Virus record (IMG/VR): IMGVR_UViG_3300033076_000375
Span: 122,223-186,222 of that record
Length of the DNA stretch: 64,000 nucleotides
Origin: a virus
Lineage: Duplodnaviria; Caudoviricetes
Reading direction: 5' to 3' (one strand)
In this document: positions 41,374-51,962 of the stretch, piece by piece
Layout of the letters: each line of letters opens with the position of its first letter
Position numbering within the stretch: the first letter of the stretch is position 1
Program-made: the position numbers and the translations under genes
Notes under the pieces: generated by a model
The model's database searches: none
Told to the model about the DNA's origin: nothing
Seen by the model: the letters and a program-made list of their open reading frames with translations, nothing else

Positions 41374-41926
41374 ATGTATTGCCTATATTAAATTGCTCAT
41401 AATCAAAATCCCCGAATACTCTAATACTAACTTGTCTCCCGGTACTTGTGGGGAAGCCATGTTTCGAACTATCATTAAAGAACACATACTTTTCTTTAAT
41501 AACCGTACCATCAAGAACCATAGGGTCATTTAATTCTGATGCGATTGTCAATCCCAAAGAATATGAAATATCATCGGGAGTAGTAGAATCGCTATCTACA
41601 TGAGATACTAGGGGACCGTCTAATATAAAAGCACGAACCATTCCAATGGTCTTAATCGGCAAAGATTCAACTAGACTTTTGATATATGAAATATCTAATG
41701 TACTGTCCCAAGACCAATCAGAGTGCGGAATAGTTTTTGCAGACTTAAAATCGTTAAACACTTTATGTGGGTTTGTCGTCAACCAAACTGTTGCCCAAGA
41801 TGTTCTACTATACGGGTCGGTATTAGTCTCCCATTTTCCTTCAGGAAGATTGAGTAACTCTTGGGTAAGTTGTTTGTCGTCAACGTCTAGATATACCTCA
41901 AACGCTTTTAAATTTGTTAAATCCAT
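41363..41926 (-). CDS. Fe(II)/2OG (AspH-like) oxygenase-like protein
   Basis: SHVD...FFNDSSKHG...IRVFG; start at 41926 chosen from the TAAATA position. Confidence 0.5.
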   Translation of the reverse strand: MDLTNLKAFEVYLDVDDKQLTQELLNLPEGKWETNTDPYSRTSWATVWLTTNPHKVFNDFKSAKTIPHSDWSWDSTLDISYIKSLVESLPIKTIGMVRAFILDGPLVSHVDSDSTTPDDISYSLGLTIASELNDPMVLDGTVIKEKYVFFNDSSKHGFPTSTGRQVSIRVFGDFDYEQFNIGNTYER

Positions 41927-41937
41927 GCCATTCACTA

Positions 41938-41951
41938 ATAAATAATATTTA
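41938..41951. promoter_or_regulatory. Divergent late promoter motifs
   Basis: ATAAATA on + and TATTTA (TAAATA on -) in the 24-nt gap between divergent starts. Confidence 0.5.
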
Positions 41952-42706
41952 TGATTGAATCCAAACTTGAGCAATTTTTAAGCCATTCTATTAAACCCGA
42001 TGAAATTGTCAATGTCAACGGTTTAGATAGTAACAATATTAGAAGAACAGATTTGTTTTTTCTAAAGGGTGTTTTGTTCGAAAAAGGTTCAATGGTCAAG
42101 TCAGAGAACTTCCATCATAATCCTAATAGAATATTCATCGGCGCATATTCTAGTATAAGACATAGTGGATATATGCGTGAGAATTTCTTTATGGGCAGAC
42201 ATAGCGGTATTGGGTATAGATGTACTATCGGCGCGGGTATGCACAACTTCTCGGGTGTTAGTATTAATTCTGATACAATCATGGCTAAAGTGTCAAACTA
42301 TACCGACGAAGAACTAGAGTTATTGAACATCCCCAGAGACAGAACCGATGTTAAATTAATGAACAGTAAGCCAGTAATCATTGGAAACGATGTATACTTG
42401 GGTGACGGGGTAATAGTTATGCCCGGAGTCACTATTGGTCACGGGTCAGTAGTTGCAGCCAATAGCGTAGTAACTAAAGACGTTGAACCCTATACTATTG
42501 TAGGCGGAATACCCGCTAAACCTATTAGAGATAGATTCCCCGACACAATTAAAAGTCAGTTACTAGAAACTAAATGGTGGAATTGTAAATTAGATATATT
42601 AAAGACTTTACCAGTAGATAACGTGTTCAACTTCATATCAGCTTTTAAAGATTTAGATGATTCTAAATGGGACAGTATATCTACTTTGGAATTTAAAGAT
42701 GATTGA
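41951..42706 (+). CDS. Hexapeptide-repeat O-acetyltransferase (CatB/Vat-like)
   Basis: IIGNDVYLGDGVIVMPGVTIGHGSVVAANSVVTKDVEPYTIVGGIPAKPIRDRF...KWW. Confidence 0.88.
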   Translation: MIESKLEQFLSHSIKPDEIVNVNGLDSNNIRRTDLFFLKGVLFEKGSMVKSENFHHNPNRIFIGAYSSIRHSGYMRENFFMGRHSGIGYRCTIGAGMHNFSGVSINSDTIMAKVSNYTDEELELLNIPRDRTDVKLMNSKPVIIGNDVYLGDGVIVMPGVTIGHGSVVAANSVVTKDVEPYTIVGGIPAKPIRDRFPDTIKSQLLETKWWNCKLDILKTLPVDNVFNFISAFKDLDDSKWDSISTLEFKDD

Positions 42707-43538
42707 TTATCGTCTACATGAAAACAAATGGACGGTGTTTGCTGACGTTGATTTAAGCACTTGTTCCACAGAAGAATTGCACGATTTAGCCACATTGTGT
42801 GCTAATTATACCTGTGTCAAGATTAGAAATCAACAGTTATCCATTGAGCGTGAAGCAGAGATTGTAAAGAGTTTTAATAATCCTCACTTATTATATTCCC
42901 CTGAGCATGAACGGTTTAAACACTATGCACTAGACGCTGAAGGGTATATATGCAGAGTTACTGGAAAAACTAATAGTGACGGTGTTTCTGGTATTGCAGG
43001 GCATAAAGAAGAAATGCTTTGGCATCACGAGCAGCCCGCAGAACGTGGATGTTCTAGTATTGCTTGGTTATATGCAGAGACCGGGGTTAAGGGTTCTGTG
43101 ACTGTATGGAACAATACAATAGAAGCATATAAAGACTTAGCCAACGATATTAAAGAAAAGATTAAAGACTTGAGAGTTATTCAGTTTGGAAATGTAAACC
43201 ATGCTGTTACTAGAACCCAAGATAACTTTAATAATAGAAAAGTATATGATAAGAGTGTTCCTTTAGTTATCACAAACCAAGCGGGAAAAACTGGTATTCA
43301 TCTTAGTTTACATCAGTTTGAACGTTTTGAAAACATGACAAGAGAACAGAGTTTAGAGATAGCAGAGCCATTATTTAAGTTCGTGACCCAAGATAAGTAT
43401 TGCTATTTCCATGAGTGGCAAGACGGGGATGTATCTATGTCTGACCAATGGCTAGGAATACACAAAAGACTTGAATTTAATAATATGAGTGAACGAATGG
43501 TTCATAGAGCAACATTTGATTATCCGGAGAAATTATGA
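42699..43538 (+). CDS. TauD/TfdA-family dioxygenase
   Basis: WHHE, HEWQDGDVSMSDQWLGIHKR, RMVHRAT. Confidence 0.85.
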   Translation: MIDYRLHENKWTVFADVDLSTCSTEELHDLATLCANYTCVKIRNQQLSIEREAEIVKSFNNPHLLYSPEHERFKHYALDAEGYICRVTGKTNSDGVSGIAGHKEEMLWHHEQPAERGCSSIAWLYAETGVKGSVTVWNNTIEAYKDLANDIKEKIKDLRVIQFGNVNHAVTRTQDNFNNRKVYDKSVPLVITNQAGKTGIHLSLHQFERFENMTREQSLEIAEPLFKFVTQDKYCYFHEWQDGDVSMSDQWLGIHKRLEFNNMSERMVHRATFDYPEKL

Positions 43539-44179
43539 GAGAATACTTTGCGTCCCATGCAAAATACTTAGATTTAGATGTAGACTTCCCTTACGAAACA
43601 ATGCTAGAAGAAGCAAAGAATTTACGTGACCGTTTCGTAGAGCATAGAGACGGGGAAAGTAAAGGATGGTACGGATTAGTATTACACGGATTAGACGAGC
43701 ATAAAACAGGGGCTTGGCAACAGTATGGAATAACTGACCCAACGAAAGTCAAAGATTTAATGAGTTGGACTAGCGCAAGTGATTTAGCACCCGTAACTAA
43801 AGACTATTTTATCAATAAATTCCCGTGTAAAGTCTATAGCCGTGTCCGCTTTATGTTATTAGAAAAGAACGGTTATATTAATTATCATTCAGATAGTAAG
43901 GGACCATTAATTGACAATATCTCTTTTGTATTGAATAGCCCAGAGGGTTTTGTATGGAAGTGGCAAGATGGTTCTCCTGATATGGAAATGATTCCCGGAC
44001 ATGCTTATGCTATGAACATTCATTATCATCATGGGTTATGGAATAATAGCAATGAAGATAGATATTTCATTATCGCTAGTAGACAAGATTCAACTGACGA
44101 GTGGAAGAAACTAATGACTGATGCCGCTGAACGTCAAAACGTTCAGGGCGAGTTCATTACAATAGACAGTATTCCTTAA
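43535..44179 (+). CDS. Aspartyl/asparaginyl beta-hydroxylase-like oxygenase
   Basis: RVRFMLLEKNGYINYHSD, HHGLWNNSNEDRYFII. Confidence 0.75.
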   Translation: MREYFASHAKYLDLDVDFPYETMLEEAKNLRDRFVEHRDGESKGWYGLVLHGLDEHKTGAWQQYGITDPTKVKDLMSWTSASDLAPVTKDYFINKFPCKVYSRVRFMLLEKNGYINYHSDSKGPLIDNISFVLNSPEGFVWKWQDGSPDMEMIPGHAYAMNIHYHHGLWNNSNEDRYFIIASRQDSTDEWKKLMTDAAERQNVQGEFITIDSIP

Positions 44180-45627
44180 AGACCTAAAGGTCTGCGCCCC
44201 TTAGTTACCCAATCATTTTCATGCCATGGCAGCTTCTTTAAGTCATCGATATTAGTTAATTCAATATCTTTGACTTTTCCAATAAATGCCAAAGATTTAC
44301 TTACATATAAGTCATTGAACTGTTTAAACCCACTCGCTGCCCTAGAATACAAAATAACAGTCATTTCACTGTCAATATCCTTGAACTTTTGGATAAGTCT
44401 ATTCTCTGCCGCAATTCTATACTTAACGCTTTGGAAATGTACTAATGGGTGATGGTTAAACAAGTCACTTAGATTAATCAATGTTTTCTTATTCGGTTCA
44501 ATCCAAGATAAGTCATAGTCGCTTGTATAGTCAATTAACTTATAATCGAATCTAAGTTGTCTCATCTCTGCCCACGTACTATCCCAGTCATCAAAGAACT
44601 GTTTAAATTCTTCAAATTCTTTAGTTGCGGATAAACTAGTAAAAACATGTTCAGGGATACCGTTAGGGAAATATTGCTTGTAACTATGATAGAACTTATT
44701 ATAATCAACCCCGTCCCATTCTTCTACTAACTTCTGCATAAACAATAGACAGTTATAGTTGATATCAGTGAAAACAACACTAGTATCTTTTGTATATCCC
44801 ACCATGACTAAGTTTCTAATCCAATTCAACCCCGTGCCCACGCTAATATATTGCTCGACTGGACCCTCAAACGGGATATCAGTATGTACTTTATCACTAT
44901 TCCAGTGAGAGACAATATTACGACACAATAACTGTAAATGAAAGACTTTTGGATATTCGTTCACAAACACATGCTCATATTCATGGTAAAGATAGCGTTT
45001 AGCTAGTCTAATACTAGTACCCACGTCAATGGTTTTTAAGTTATTCTCTAGTGCTAGTTTAAGTATATTGTATCCATGCAACTTACTCTTATAGACTTTC
45101 TTTTCAGTGCTATTGTACATAGACTGAATAACTTCCTCATGTATGTCTTTAAACTCTGTAATTACGGGGATATATTCTTCATGCTCGTCATCGACAAACC
45201 ACTGTCCTTTTTCAACTACAGGACAACCTAATTCACTGTATGTCTTTAGGTTCATAATATAGAATTGATTGTGTAATTCTAGATAAAAGTAACCCCTATT
45301 TAAAACATGTCCGGCTACAAAGAAGTCTTGCTTGCATAGTTTCTCAACTTCAGTTAATAGTTTCGCCCCAGCCCATAGATATGTACCCGTTGCAACTATA
45401 ACGGCATGTGTATATTTGTCTTGTTTACTGGCTTCTGTGAGCATCAGTGTTTCATCTGTGCTAATGAATACATCATGCCCGTACCCAATAATCTCTCGAA
45501 TAAGAAAGTCTGTGGTGTTTATAGCAACGTCCTTACTCATTAAACTGTCACACTCGTCTAGGTTATTTAAAATACAATAGACTATATTGCTAGTGCCGTT
45601 TTCGTTAAATTTAATCATTAATTCCAC
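44176..45627 (-). CDS. Hypothetical protein
   Basis: 483-aa ORF within the enzyme island; no motif recognised. Confidence 0.65.
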   Translation of the reverse strand: MELMIKFNENGTSNIVYCILNNLDECDSLMSKDVAINTTDFLIREIIGYGHDVFISTDETLMLTEASKQDKYTHAVIVATGTYLWAGAKLLTEVEKLCKQDFFVAGHVLNRGYFYLELHNQFYIMNLKTYSELGCPVVEKGQWFVDDEHEEYIPVITEFKDIHEEVIQSMYNSTEKKVYKSKLHGYNILKLALENNLKTIDVGTSIRLAKRYLYHEYEHVFVNEYPKVFHLQLLCRNIVSHWNSDKVHTDIPFEGPVEQYISVGTGLNWIRNLVMVGYTKDTSVVFTDINYNCLLFMQKLVEEWDGVDYNKFYHSYKQYFPNGIPEHVFTSLSATKEFEEFKQFFDDWDSTWAEMRQLRFDYKLIDYTSDYDLSWIEPNKKTLINLSDLFNHHPLVHFQSVKYRIAAENRLIQKFKDIDSEMTVILYSRAASGFKQFNDLYVSKSLAFIGKVKDIELTNIDDLKKLPWHENDWVTKGRRPLGL

Positions 45628-46166
45628 CTTGGGTATTTGTTTAATTCTTCATAGAACTTGTCTGGGAATAACTCCCATACAGTTTGGTTTGTTCCTCGAT
45701 AATACATATCGGTTATCTTTTGCATTTGACCCGAACGAACCATAGCAGGGGCGAATATACTATGTACTAATCGTTGCGTCCCTGCACTATTCTCATTGGT
45801 TGTTATGAATACTCTTCCCTTACTCCACTCTAAGCATTGTGGGATAAAGAATTGACTAGTTATATGCTGATGAGTTACTATTTGGTTTCTAGTACGTAAG
45901 CTGGGTGTGGGTATTAAATCGCTAAACACACAGGTTCTAGCACATATTCTATAACAGTTTTCTCCCATCTCAGGGAAACTGTGTGCTGCGACGGAACCAA
46001 CTGTAACATCATTATGATATAAGATCCAAACTTGTTTCTCTGTCTCATTCTTAAAACAGTCTACGAGCATATGCTGGCTACTGTTATTAGTAAAGCCCCT
46101 TTTGTTTGCTTCTTCATAGAAGCTAGTTAAATCTAACTCACTTGTCCATGGAATAAGTTTGTACAT
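45618..46166 (-). CDS. GNAT-like acetyltransferase (putative)
   Basis: VWILY...VGSVAAH...YRICARTC, FITTN; ATG at 46166. Confidence 0.5.
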   Translation of the reverse strand: MYKLIPWTSELDLTSFYEEANKRGFTNNSSQHMLVDCFKNETEKQVWILYHNDVTVGSVAAHSFPEMGENCYRICARTCVFSDLIPTPSLRTRNQIVTHQHITSQFFIPQCLEWSKGRVFITTNENSAGTQRLVHSIFAPAMVRSGQMQKITDMYYRGTNQTVWELFPDKFYEELNKYPRWN

Positions 46167-46833
46167 TTTCGATAAATTCCAATGGATAATTAGTTTTAAA
46201 ACTTTCCCAGCATAACTTGTCAAACAGTTCCCAAGACTGTTTCTCATCCCATTTGATACCCAACGATTCTAAGTTACTTTTCATTATATCTTGTCTAGTT
46301 GAATAGATGTGACTTTCAACATCCTGAATAGTAATATTGGGTTCAGAATTATGATACGTAAAGAAATAATTGATTGACTTTAGTTTACCGTCAATGACAA
46401 AATAGCTTGATGGGTGCATACTATACTTGTGCAGTCCTAGACTTTTGTGAGCCTTAATTATCTCTAGCATTTGCTCTTGCCAGTCGGGTACAACTATATT
46501 ATAGTTCTCTGTAGTGCAATTTGCTTTGTTCCAGAAGTCTAAACCATCAACTTGTAGATATATCTTTCTGTGAGTTTCGTCAATATCTAGAATCTTGGGA
46601 ACTAAGTCTGGATATGCCCCATGCATTAGTTTAAGATACTTTAACTCTCGTTGCCACTTTTCTTCCATCTTGTTTGGGTCAACTACTTGATTCTGTCCTT
46701 GATGATATTCTGTATCGTTATGATACCATTGGACAAACACCTTCTTGTCCTTAGACATTAAGCTGGTATAAATTAAGTTATTTCTGGTTAAACCGACCCC
46801 GGGCACATTATTATAATAGTAGTCGAATATCAT
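46138..46833 (-). CDS. Protein-kinase-like fold protein (probable pseudokinase)
   Basis: WQRELKYL, VPKILDID, KYSMHPSSY in place of HxD, INY in place of DFG. Confidence 0.5.
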   Translation of the reverse strand: MIFDYYYNNVPGVGLTRNNLIYTSLMSKDKKVFVQWYHNDTEYHQGQNQVVDPNKMEEKWQRELKYLKLMHGAYPDLVPKILDIDETHRKIYLQVDGLDFWNKANCTTENYNIVVPDWQEQMLEIIKAHKSLGLHKYSMHPSSYFVIDGKLKSINYFFTYHNSEPNITIQDVESHIYSTRQDIMKSNLESLGIKWDEKQSWELFDKLCWESFKTNYPLEFIENVQTYSMDK

Positions 46834-46846
46834 ATAAATATTTAAT
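46833..46846. promoter_or_regulatory. Bidirectional late promoter (TATAAATATTTAAT)
   Basis: Exact T4 late consensus TATAAATA on + overlapping TAAATA on - between divergent genes. Confidence 0.6.
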
Positions 46847-46856
46847 TCAGAATATC

Positions 46857-47915
46857 ATGCACCAAATAAATCACACAACTAGTCTATGCGAACAATGTTA
46901 TAGACATATCCCTGCGGTTAAGTTTGTCAGGGACGATAAAGTATATTTGGGCAAAACATGCAAAGTGCATGGGTATAGTGAAGTATTGGTTGAATCAGAC
47001 AGTGACTTTTACTTTAAAGAACAACAGTATTTTAAACGTGAACCTAGTAGCTATTGGTTAGATATAACAAATCGCTGTAACTTAGACTGTCCGTTTTGTT
47101 ATCAAAAGCCAGACAATAAGAGTGTTGACCCTTCTATTGACTATATCTTACATGAGATATCAATGCTCCCAGACAATGGATTCCCCATATCATTAGTGGG
47201 TGCAGAAGCTACAACTAGAAAAGACTTGGCAGAGTTAGTTAAACGTATCCAACAATTACCCGGCAAACAACGTAAGATTATGATTGTTACGAACGGGGTA
47301 AACTTAGCCAAAGAACATTATATCGAAAAGTTCGTGGGTATCGAGAACTTATCTTGGACGTTTGGATTAAACCATAAGAACTATATTGGAACTCATATCC
47401 GTGAGAAACAGTTAGAGGGTATAGATAACTGTGTTAAGTATAATCAAAAGATTAAGAACTTTACATATACAACAGGGAATTTAAACGATATCCCTGATAT
47501 ATTAGAAGAAGTACAACATTGGAAACAAGAGAATATCTGTGATAACGTTAGAATACAGTTGGGCGTAGACATTGGCAGAACCCCGGAAGAGGGAGCCCCT
47601 GAACTGTATCTCAGCGACTTAGTTAAATACGTTAAGAACTATTGTATAGAGAAACAATATACGTTTGAGCCCCGTTATGATTTAAGTAATAGAACACATT
47701 ATGCAGTTGAGATTAATGGAATAGTCCATAGACTAATCAAGTGGGTAGATGTTAGAACGATTGATATGGAAGAAACGTATAGTGAAAGTCTAGCACAATT
47801 AGTACCCAATAAACCCATGAGCCCGTTACTACATCAGTTTATATTAAGAGACAGAGTAATTAACGAAAAACTAATGTTATTTGATACAATACCAAAGAAA
47901 TATGCAAAAACTTGA
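46857..47915 (+). CDS. Radical SAM protein with N-terminal CxxC...CxxH domain (MJ0619/Tes-like), copy 1
   Basis: SLCEQCYRHIPA...KTCKVHG; DITNRCNLDCPFCY. Confidence 0.8.
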   Translation: MHQINHTTSLCEQCYRHIPAVKFVRDDKVYLGKTCKVHGYSEVLVESDSDFYFKEQQYFKREPSSYWLDITNRCNLDCPFCYQKPDNKSVDPSIDYILHEISMLPDNGFPISLVGAEATTRKDLAELVKRIQQLPGKQRKIMIVTNGVNLAKEHYIEKFVGIENLSWTFGLNHKNYIGTHIREKQLEGIDNCVKYNQKIKNFTYTTGNLNDIPDILEEVQHWKQENICDNVRIQLGVDIGRTPEEGAPELYLSDLVKYVKNYCIEKQYTFEPRYDLSNRTHYAVEINGIVHRLIKWVDVRTIDMEETYSESLAQLVPNKPMSPLLHQFILRDRVINEKLMLFDTIPKKYAKT

Positions 47916-48984
47916 AGATACCTTATCTATATGTGAACACTGTTATAGACACGTTCCTGCAGTTCGTTTTGAGCGTGATGGTCATATTTATTTGGGTAAA
48001 ACGTGTAAAGTTCATGGGTATAGTGAGCATTTAGTTGAACCCGATGCAGAGTTCTATTTAAACTATGTATATGAAAGAAAAGCATTGTTAAGTTACTTCT
48101 TAGAAGTTACTAACCACTGTAATTTACAATGCCCTCATTGCTATCAAGAACCAGACAATACCCAGATAGACCCCACGGTAGACTATCTTTTAGATTTGAT
48201 TAAGAGTTGGCCTGACAATGGATACCCTGTCGCACTTGTCGGGGCAGAACCCACAACAAGAAAAGACTTGCCACAGTTAATTAATAGTATTCATTCATTA
48301 CCCGGGAAAAAGCGTTCAGTTATGGTATTAACTAACGGGGTATATATGAGTGACAGAGAATATTGTGAGAACTTTAAAGATATTAAAGATTTAATGTGGA
48401 CAATAGGGTTAAATCACCCTGACTATCAAGGAAGAACAGTACGTAGAAAGCAAATGGAGGGCATTAAGAACATGCTAGATTGTGGATTGCGTATTAAAAA
48501 CGTTTCATACACGTTAGAATCACTAGACCAAATGGAATACTGCTTGAAAGAGATTCAAGAGTTCGGGCTTAGTATATGTGAACAGTATAGAATACGTTGC
48601 GGGGCAAATATCGGGCGATATCCCGGTGGACCCAAAATGTATCTGTCAGAGTTAATCAAAGAAGTTAAAAGAATCAGTAAAGAAAACAACTGGCAAGTAG
48701 AAGAAAAGCCCTTACATGGTAATCGTGCTCACTATCCCTTGACAGTTAACGGTATTTTGATTAAAATCATACAATGGCCTGATGCAACTACATTAGATTT
48801 GTCAGAGATTCAAACAGAAGCAATCGCTGATATCTTACCCGGCAAGCCACCTAGCCCCTTAGTACATCAAGTTTTATTACGTGACGCTCATGTTAATAAA
48901 AAGATGCCTTTGTACGATACAATACCACAAGAATATATAGATAATTATGGCAATATTAGGAATCAACAATCAAAAATACTTTGA
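47902..48984 (+). CDS. Radical SAM protein (MJ0619/Tes-like), copy 2
   Basis: SICEHCYRHVPA...KTCKVHG; EVTNHCNLQCPHCY; tandem paralog of 46857. Confidence 0.8.
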   Translation: MQKLEDTLSICEHCYRHVPAVRFERDGHIYLGKTCKVHGYSEHLVEPDAEFYLNYVYERKALLSYFLEVTNHCNLQCPHCYQEPDNTQIDPTVDYLLDLIKSWPDNGYPVALVGAEPTTRKDLPQLINSIHSLPGKKRSVMVLTNGVYMSDREYCENFKDIKDLMWTIGLNHPDYQGRTVRRKQMEGIKNMLDCGLRIKNVSYTLESLDQMEYCLKEIQEFGLSICEQYRIRCGANIGRYPGGPKMYLSELIKEVKRISKENNWQVEEKPLHGNRAHYPLTVNGILIKIIQWPDATTLDLSEIQTEAIADILPGKPPSPLVHQVLLRDAHVNKKMPLYDTIPQEYIDNYGNIRNQQSKIL

Positions 48985-49753
48985 CTTAGAACAGTATATA
49001 GACATGGATACGTTCGATAAGTTACAACCCGAGATAATGTCAGGGTTTGCAGTAGCTAGACCATACGCTAAGGAAGGCACTTGGATGGCTCCGGGCTTTA
49101 CGTTCGAGGATATGAGTTATAAGCATAATTGGAAGCCTATCTATCAAGCAATGCAAGAGTTTCATCAGTTGCCTGACGATAATCCTATCAAGATTGAGGG
49201 TATGAAATTAATGCCCAAAGACTTTAAGAACTTTCAAGAACGAAATATATTCACTAGATATTTAAAGATGGCTATGGGAGCATACGACCCGTATATATAC
49301 TACTATTTATGGGAAGAAGGTTCTTGGGATGATAGAACCGCACCCCGTAAACTAACAGATGAAGCACAATATTTCCCCAACGTTGTTAAATGGGTAGAAT
49401 CAATGGTTGGAACCATATTCAAAGACATTGGACGAGTTATCTTCTTTCACTGTGAGCATGATGGATTACCCTTTGAGCATAGAGATTTAGATGCTAAGAA
49501 CGGTGTTAACGTTGTTAAACCCCATCGCAATGAGTTTATTCATATTAGACCCGATACTAGAAACCAATTCTATCTATGGGATCCCGAGAAGAAAATGAAG
49601 TTTGGGATCAACACACGTGCTGCTTGGTGGAATGATGTTGACTGGCACGGTGGGAATAGAGTAATGGCTCAGACTTACTCTATTAGAATAGACGGTAAGT
49701 TCACTGATGAGTTCAGAGAGAAGTTAGGCATCAGTCATTTGGAGACATATTAA
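48947..49753 (+). CDS. Fe(II)/2OG oxygenase-like hypothetical protein
   Basis: FEHRD...WNDVDWHGG...SIRIDG. Confidence 0.55.
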   Translation: MAILGINNQKYFDLEQYIDMDTFDKLQPEIMSGFAVARPYAKEGTWMAPGFTFEDMSYKHNWKPIYQAMQEFHQLPDDNPIKIEGMKLMPKDFKNFQERNIFTRYLKMAMGAYDPYIYYYLWEEGSWDDRTAPRKLTDEAQYFPNVVKWVESMVGTIFKDIGRVIFFHCEHDGLPFEHRDLDAKNGVNVVKPHRNEFIHIRPDTRNQFYLWDPEKKMKFGINTRAAWWNDVDWHGGNRVMAQTYSIRIDGKFTDEFREKLGISHLETY

Positions 49754-49754
49754 T

Positions 49755-50444
49755 ATGAGATTTTATCAAAAAGTAAAAATAGACAATTTAGAGAAAATTC
49801 AACAAGAAGTATTAGACTATTACAAAGAGTTTCCTCCTAAATTAGAAGAAAAAGAAGAAGTCTTTTTGGAAATCCCTGAGGATAGATTACCAGAAACACG
49901 TAGAATTATCGGTAAACGCACTAGAACAGAGATTGTTGAAACTACCGCTTGTTTTGTACCCGCCGGTATTATGACATGTACTCACATTGATGGTATTCGC
50001 AAAAAGACTGACGTTCCTGACGAATGGGGAACAAACTGGATTGAAAGACTTAGAGACAAGAATATCACTACTCGAAACGTCACGGATGACAAATTCTATT
50101 GCAATCAATGGACATTGATTATTCCAGTGTCTGGATATAAAGACGCTGTAAACATTTGGTATCACAATGAAGATGTTACTCCAGAAAACGAAAGAGTTTC
50201 GTTCAATCATCGAGAGCAATGGCCCTACAAGTTCTTTGTGTCATGTGTTGATGATATTTCTAATGTACGCCCGCAACATCGAGTAGTTCTAGACCAGCCT
50301 ACTATTATCAAGTCAAACATCTATCATAACGTAGATAATACTAAAAACAGTGAAATTAGACTTGTCTTGGTTATTAGATTCGCAGAACATAAAGACGATA
50401 TGGATGTTGAAGATTATTTTGACTGCGAAGATATTAAGATATGA
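49755..50444 (+). CDS. Fe(II)/2OG oxygenase-like hypothetical protein
   Basis: THIDG...IYHNVDN...RLVLVIRF. Confidence 0.55.
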   Translation: MRFYQKVKIDNLEKIQQEVLDYYKEFPPKLEEKEEVFLEIPEDRLPETRRIIGKRTRTEIVETTACFVPAGIMTCTHIDGIRKKTDVPDEWGTNWIERLRDKNITTRNVTDDKFYCNQWTLIIPVSGYKDAVNIWYHNEDVTPENERVSFNHREQWPYKFFVSCVDDISNVRPQHRVVLDQPTIIKSNIYHNVDNTKNSEIRLVLVIRFAEHKDDMDVEDYFDCEDIKI

Positions 50445-50944
50445 AATATGTAGGTAATTTTAGTGACTGGATTAAACCAGAATATATCGAATATATTTTA
50501 AATAATCCAGGAACAACACGCCCCGGTGGCGGTCCCAATCCTGATGTAAGTGAATTCAAGAAAGCCAAAGAAGCTGGATATGACTTATCAAGTACAATGT
50601 GGCATATCTATGAATCTCATACGTTCCCGTTCACTGTTACATTACCATTCGAGCACGATGGCGACTTTATTTGGTGGGCTATTAAGATGACACCTGGACA
50701 ACAGATGCCGTTCCATCGTGACCCGCACACTAGTCAAACAGATTTTCGTGATGTTAAGCGTTATTGGATGACGTTTCAAGACTATGAACCCGGGCATATT
50801 TTTATGTACGACACTCAAGTATTGACTAATTACAAGAAGGGTGATGTATACGAATATCCTGACGCACAAGAAATACATGGGGCATGTAACATTGGATACA
50901 ACCCAAGAATCACCTTTCATTTTAGCACATTTTACAGAGTATGA
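50441..50944 (+). CDS. Small Fe(II)/2OG oxygenase-like protein
   Basis: PGQQMPFHRD...HGACNIGYNPRIT. Confidence 0.65.
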   Translation: MKYVGNFSDWIKPEYIEYILNNPGTTRPGGGPNPDVSEFKKAKEAGYDLSSTMWHIYESHTFPFTVTLPFEHDGDFIWWAIKMTPGQQMPFHRDPHTSQTDFRDVKRYWMTFQDYEPGHIFMYDTQVLTNYKKGDVYEYPDAQEIHGACNIGYNPRITFHFSTFYRV

Positions 50945-51462
50945 GATATATTGGCAATTATAAAGACTGGATTACCCCAGAATTAATGAATCATCTTAAA
51001 ACACATGAGGGTGATTATACTCCTGTGTGGCAGCCCGATAGATGGACAGGTCACCCGTTGCTAGAAGAATATAGAGAAATGGCTAGACCTGTATATTCAC
51101 AGAACACGCCAATGTTCCATCAGTTTAATAACAAGTCTAAAGATATGCAAGGCTTTAACATTGAACTACCTGATTTCCCTGACAAGAGAAAACATTGTTT
51201 CTGGTGGTTCGTCAAACTGTTACCCGGGGAAATGCAAGCAATGCACATTGACCCGCATTTAGTTGAAGTCGAAAACCCGATTCGATATACAATGTATTTG
51301 GAAGATTATCATCCTGGGCATATATTTGTATGGGATGATAAGATTTCTAGTAATTATAAAGCGGGCGATGTGTTTGAATGGTCAGACCCAATGATTGTGC
51401 ATGGGTGTGTCAATATCAGCTATAAAACTAGATATACCATGCAAATTACTATGCACGATTAA
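50941..51462 (+). CDS. Small Fe(II)/2OG oxygenase-like protein (paralog of 50441)
   Basis: PGEMQAMHID...HGCVNISYKTRYT. Confidence 0.65.
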   Translation: MRYIGNYKDWITPELMNHLKTHEGDYTPVWQPDRWTGHPLLEEYREMARPVYSQNTPMFHQFNNKSKDMQGFNIELPDFPDKRKHCFWWFVKLLPGEMQAMHIDPHLVEVENPIRYTMYLEDYHPGHIFVWDDKISSNYKAGDVFEWSDPMIVHGCVNISYKTRYTMQITMHD

Positions 51463-51962
51463 TATCCCAACAAGTGGAACATATACTTCTTTTCTAGTGA
51501 ACCGTTGATTCCATTGTGCCAATCACGATAATGTTTCCACTTTAAAACAGTACCTGCGTTTTGATTATAATAGTATTTGTCATTTAAAATGAATAATTGT
51601 CCTGCACTTGGCTTACTTATGAATATACTATAACGATGAATCTCACCTTGCTTTAGATATTCTTGTTCATTATCGTCTATATCATAGTGAGGACCAGTCA
51701 TGTATCCTGGCTCTACACAACTAATCCAAGAACGTAGTGGTGTGACATAAAACTGTTTAGCTATTGTAGATTCTAAGTCCCCGTACTTGTAATAGTTAGT
51801 CCACTTAACCGAATTAGTATTGAAATTGTGTGCTTTCCATAAGTCGAGCATTTTTTGATACTCTGGGTTCATCATGTTCCAACGTTCTGGATTGACAGTA
51901 ACTTCCCTACCATCTGTCAACGAATCGATAACTTCTTGCCAATTAACCATATAATCTTTCAT
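51459..51962 (-). CDS. Small Fe(II)/2OG oxygenase-like protein
   Basis: PGYMTGPHYD...WHNGINGS. Confidence 0.6.
   Translation of the reverse strand: MKDYMVNWQEVIDSLTDGREVTVNPERWNMMNPEYQKMLDLWKAHNFNTNSVKWTNYYKYGDLESTIAKQFYVTPLRSWISCVEPGYMTGPHYDIDDNEQEYLKQGEIHRYSIFISKPSAGQLFILNDKYYYNQNAGTVLKWKHYRDWHNGINGSLEKKYMFHLLGY

Noticed and set aside
41951-42706. CatB/Vat antibiotic-resistance gene
   Set aside because: The hexapeptide fold is shared with sugar O-acetyltransferases, the N-terminus is divergent and the context is a modification island; resistance cannot be supported.
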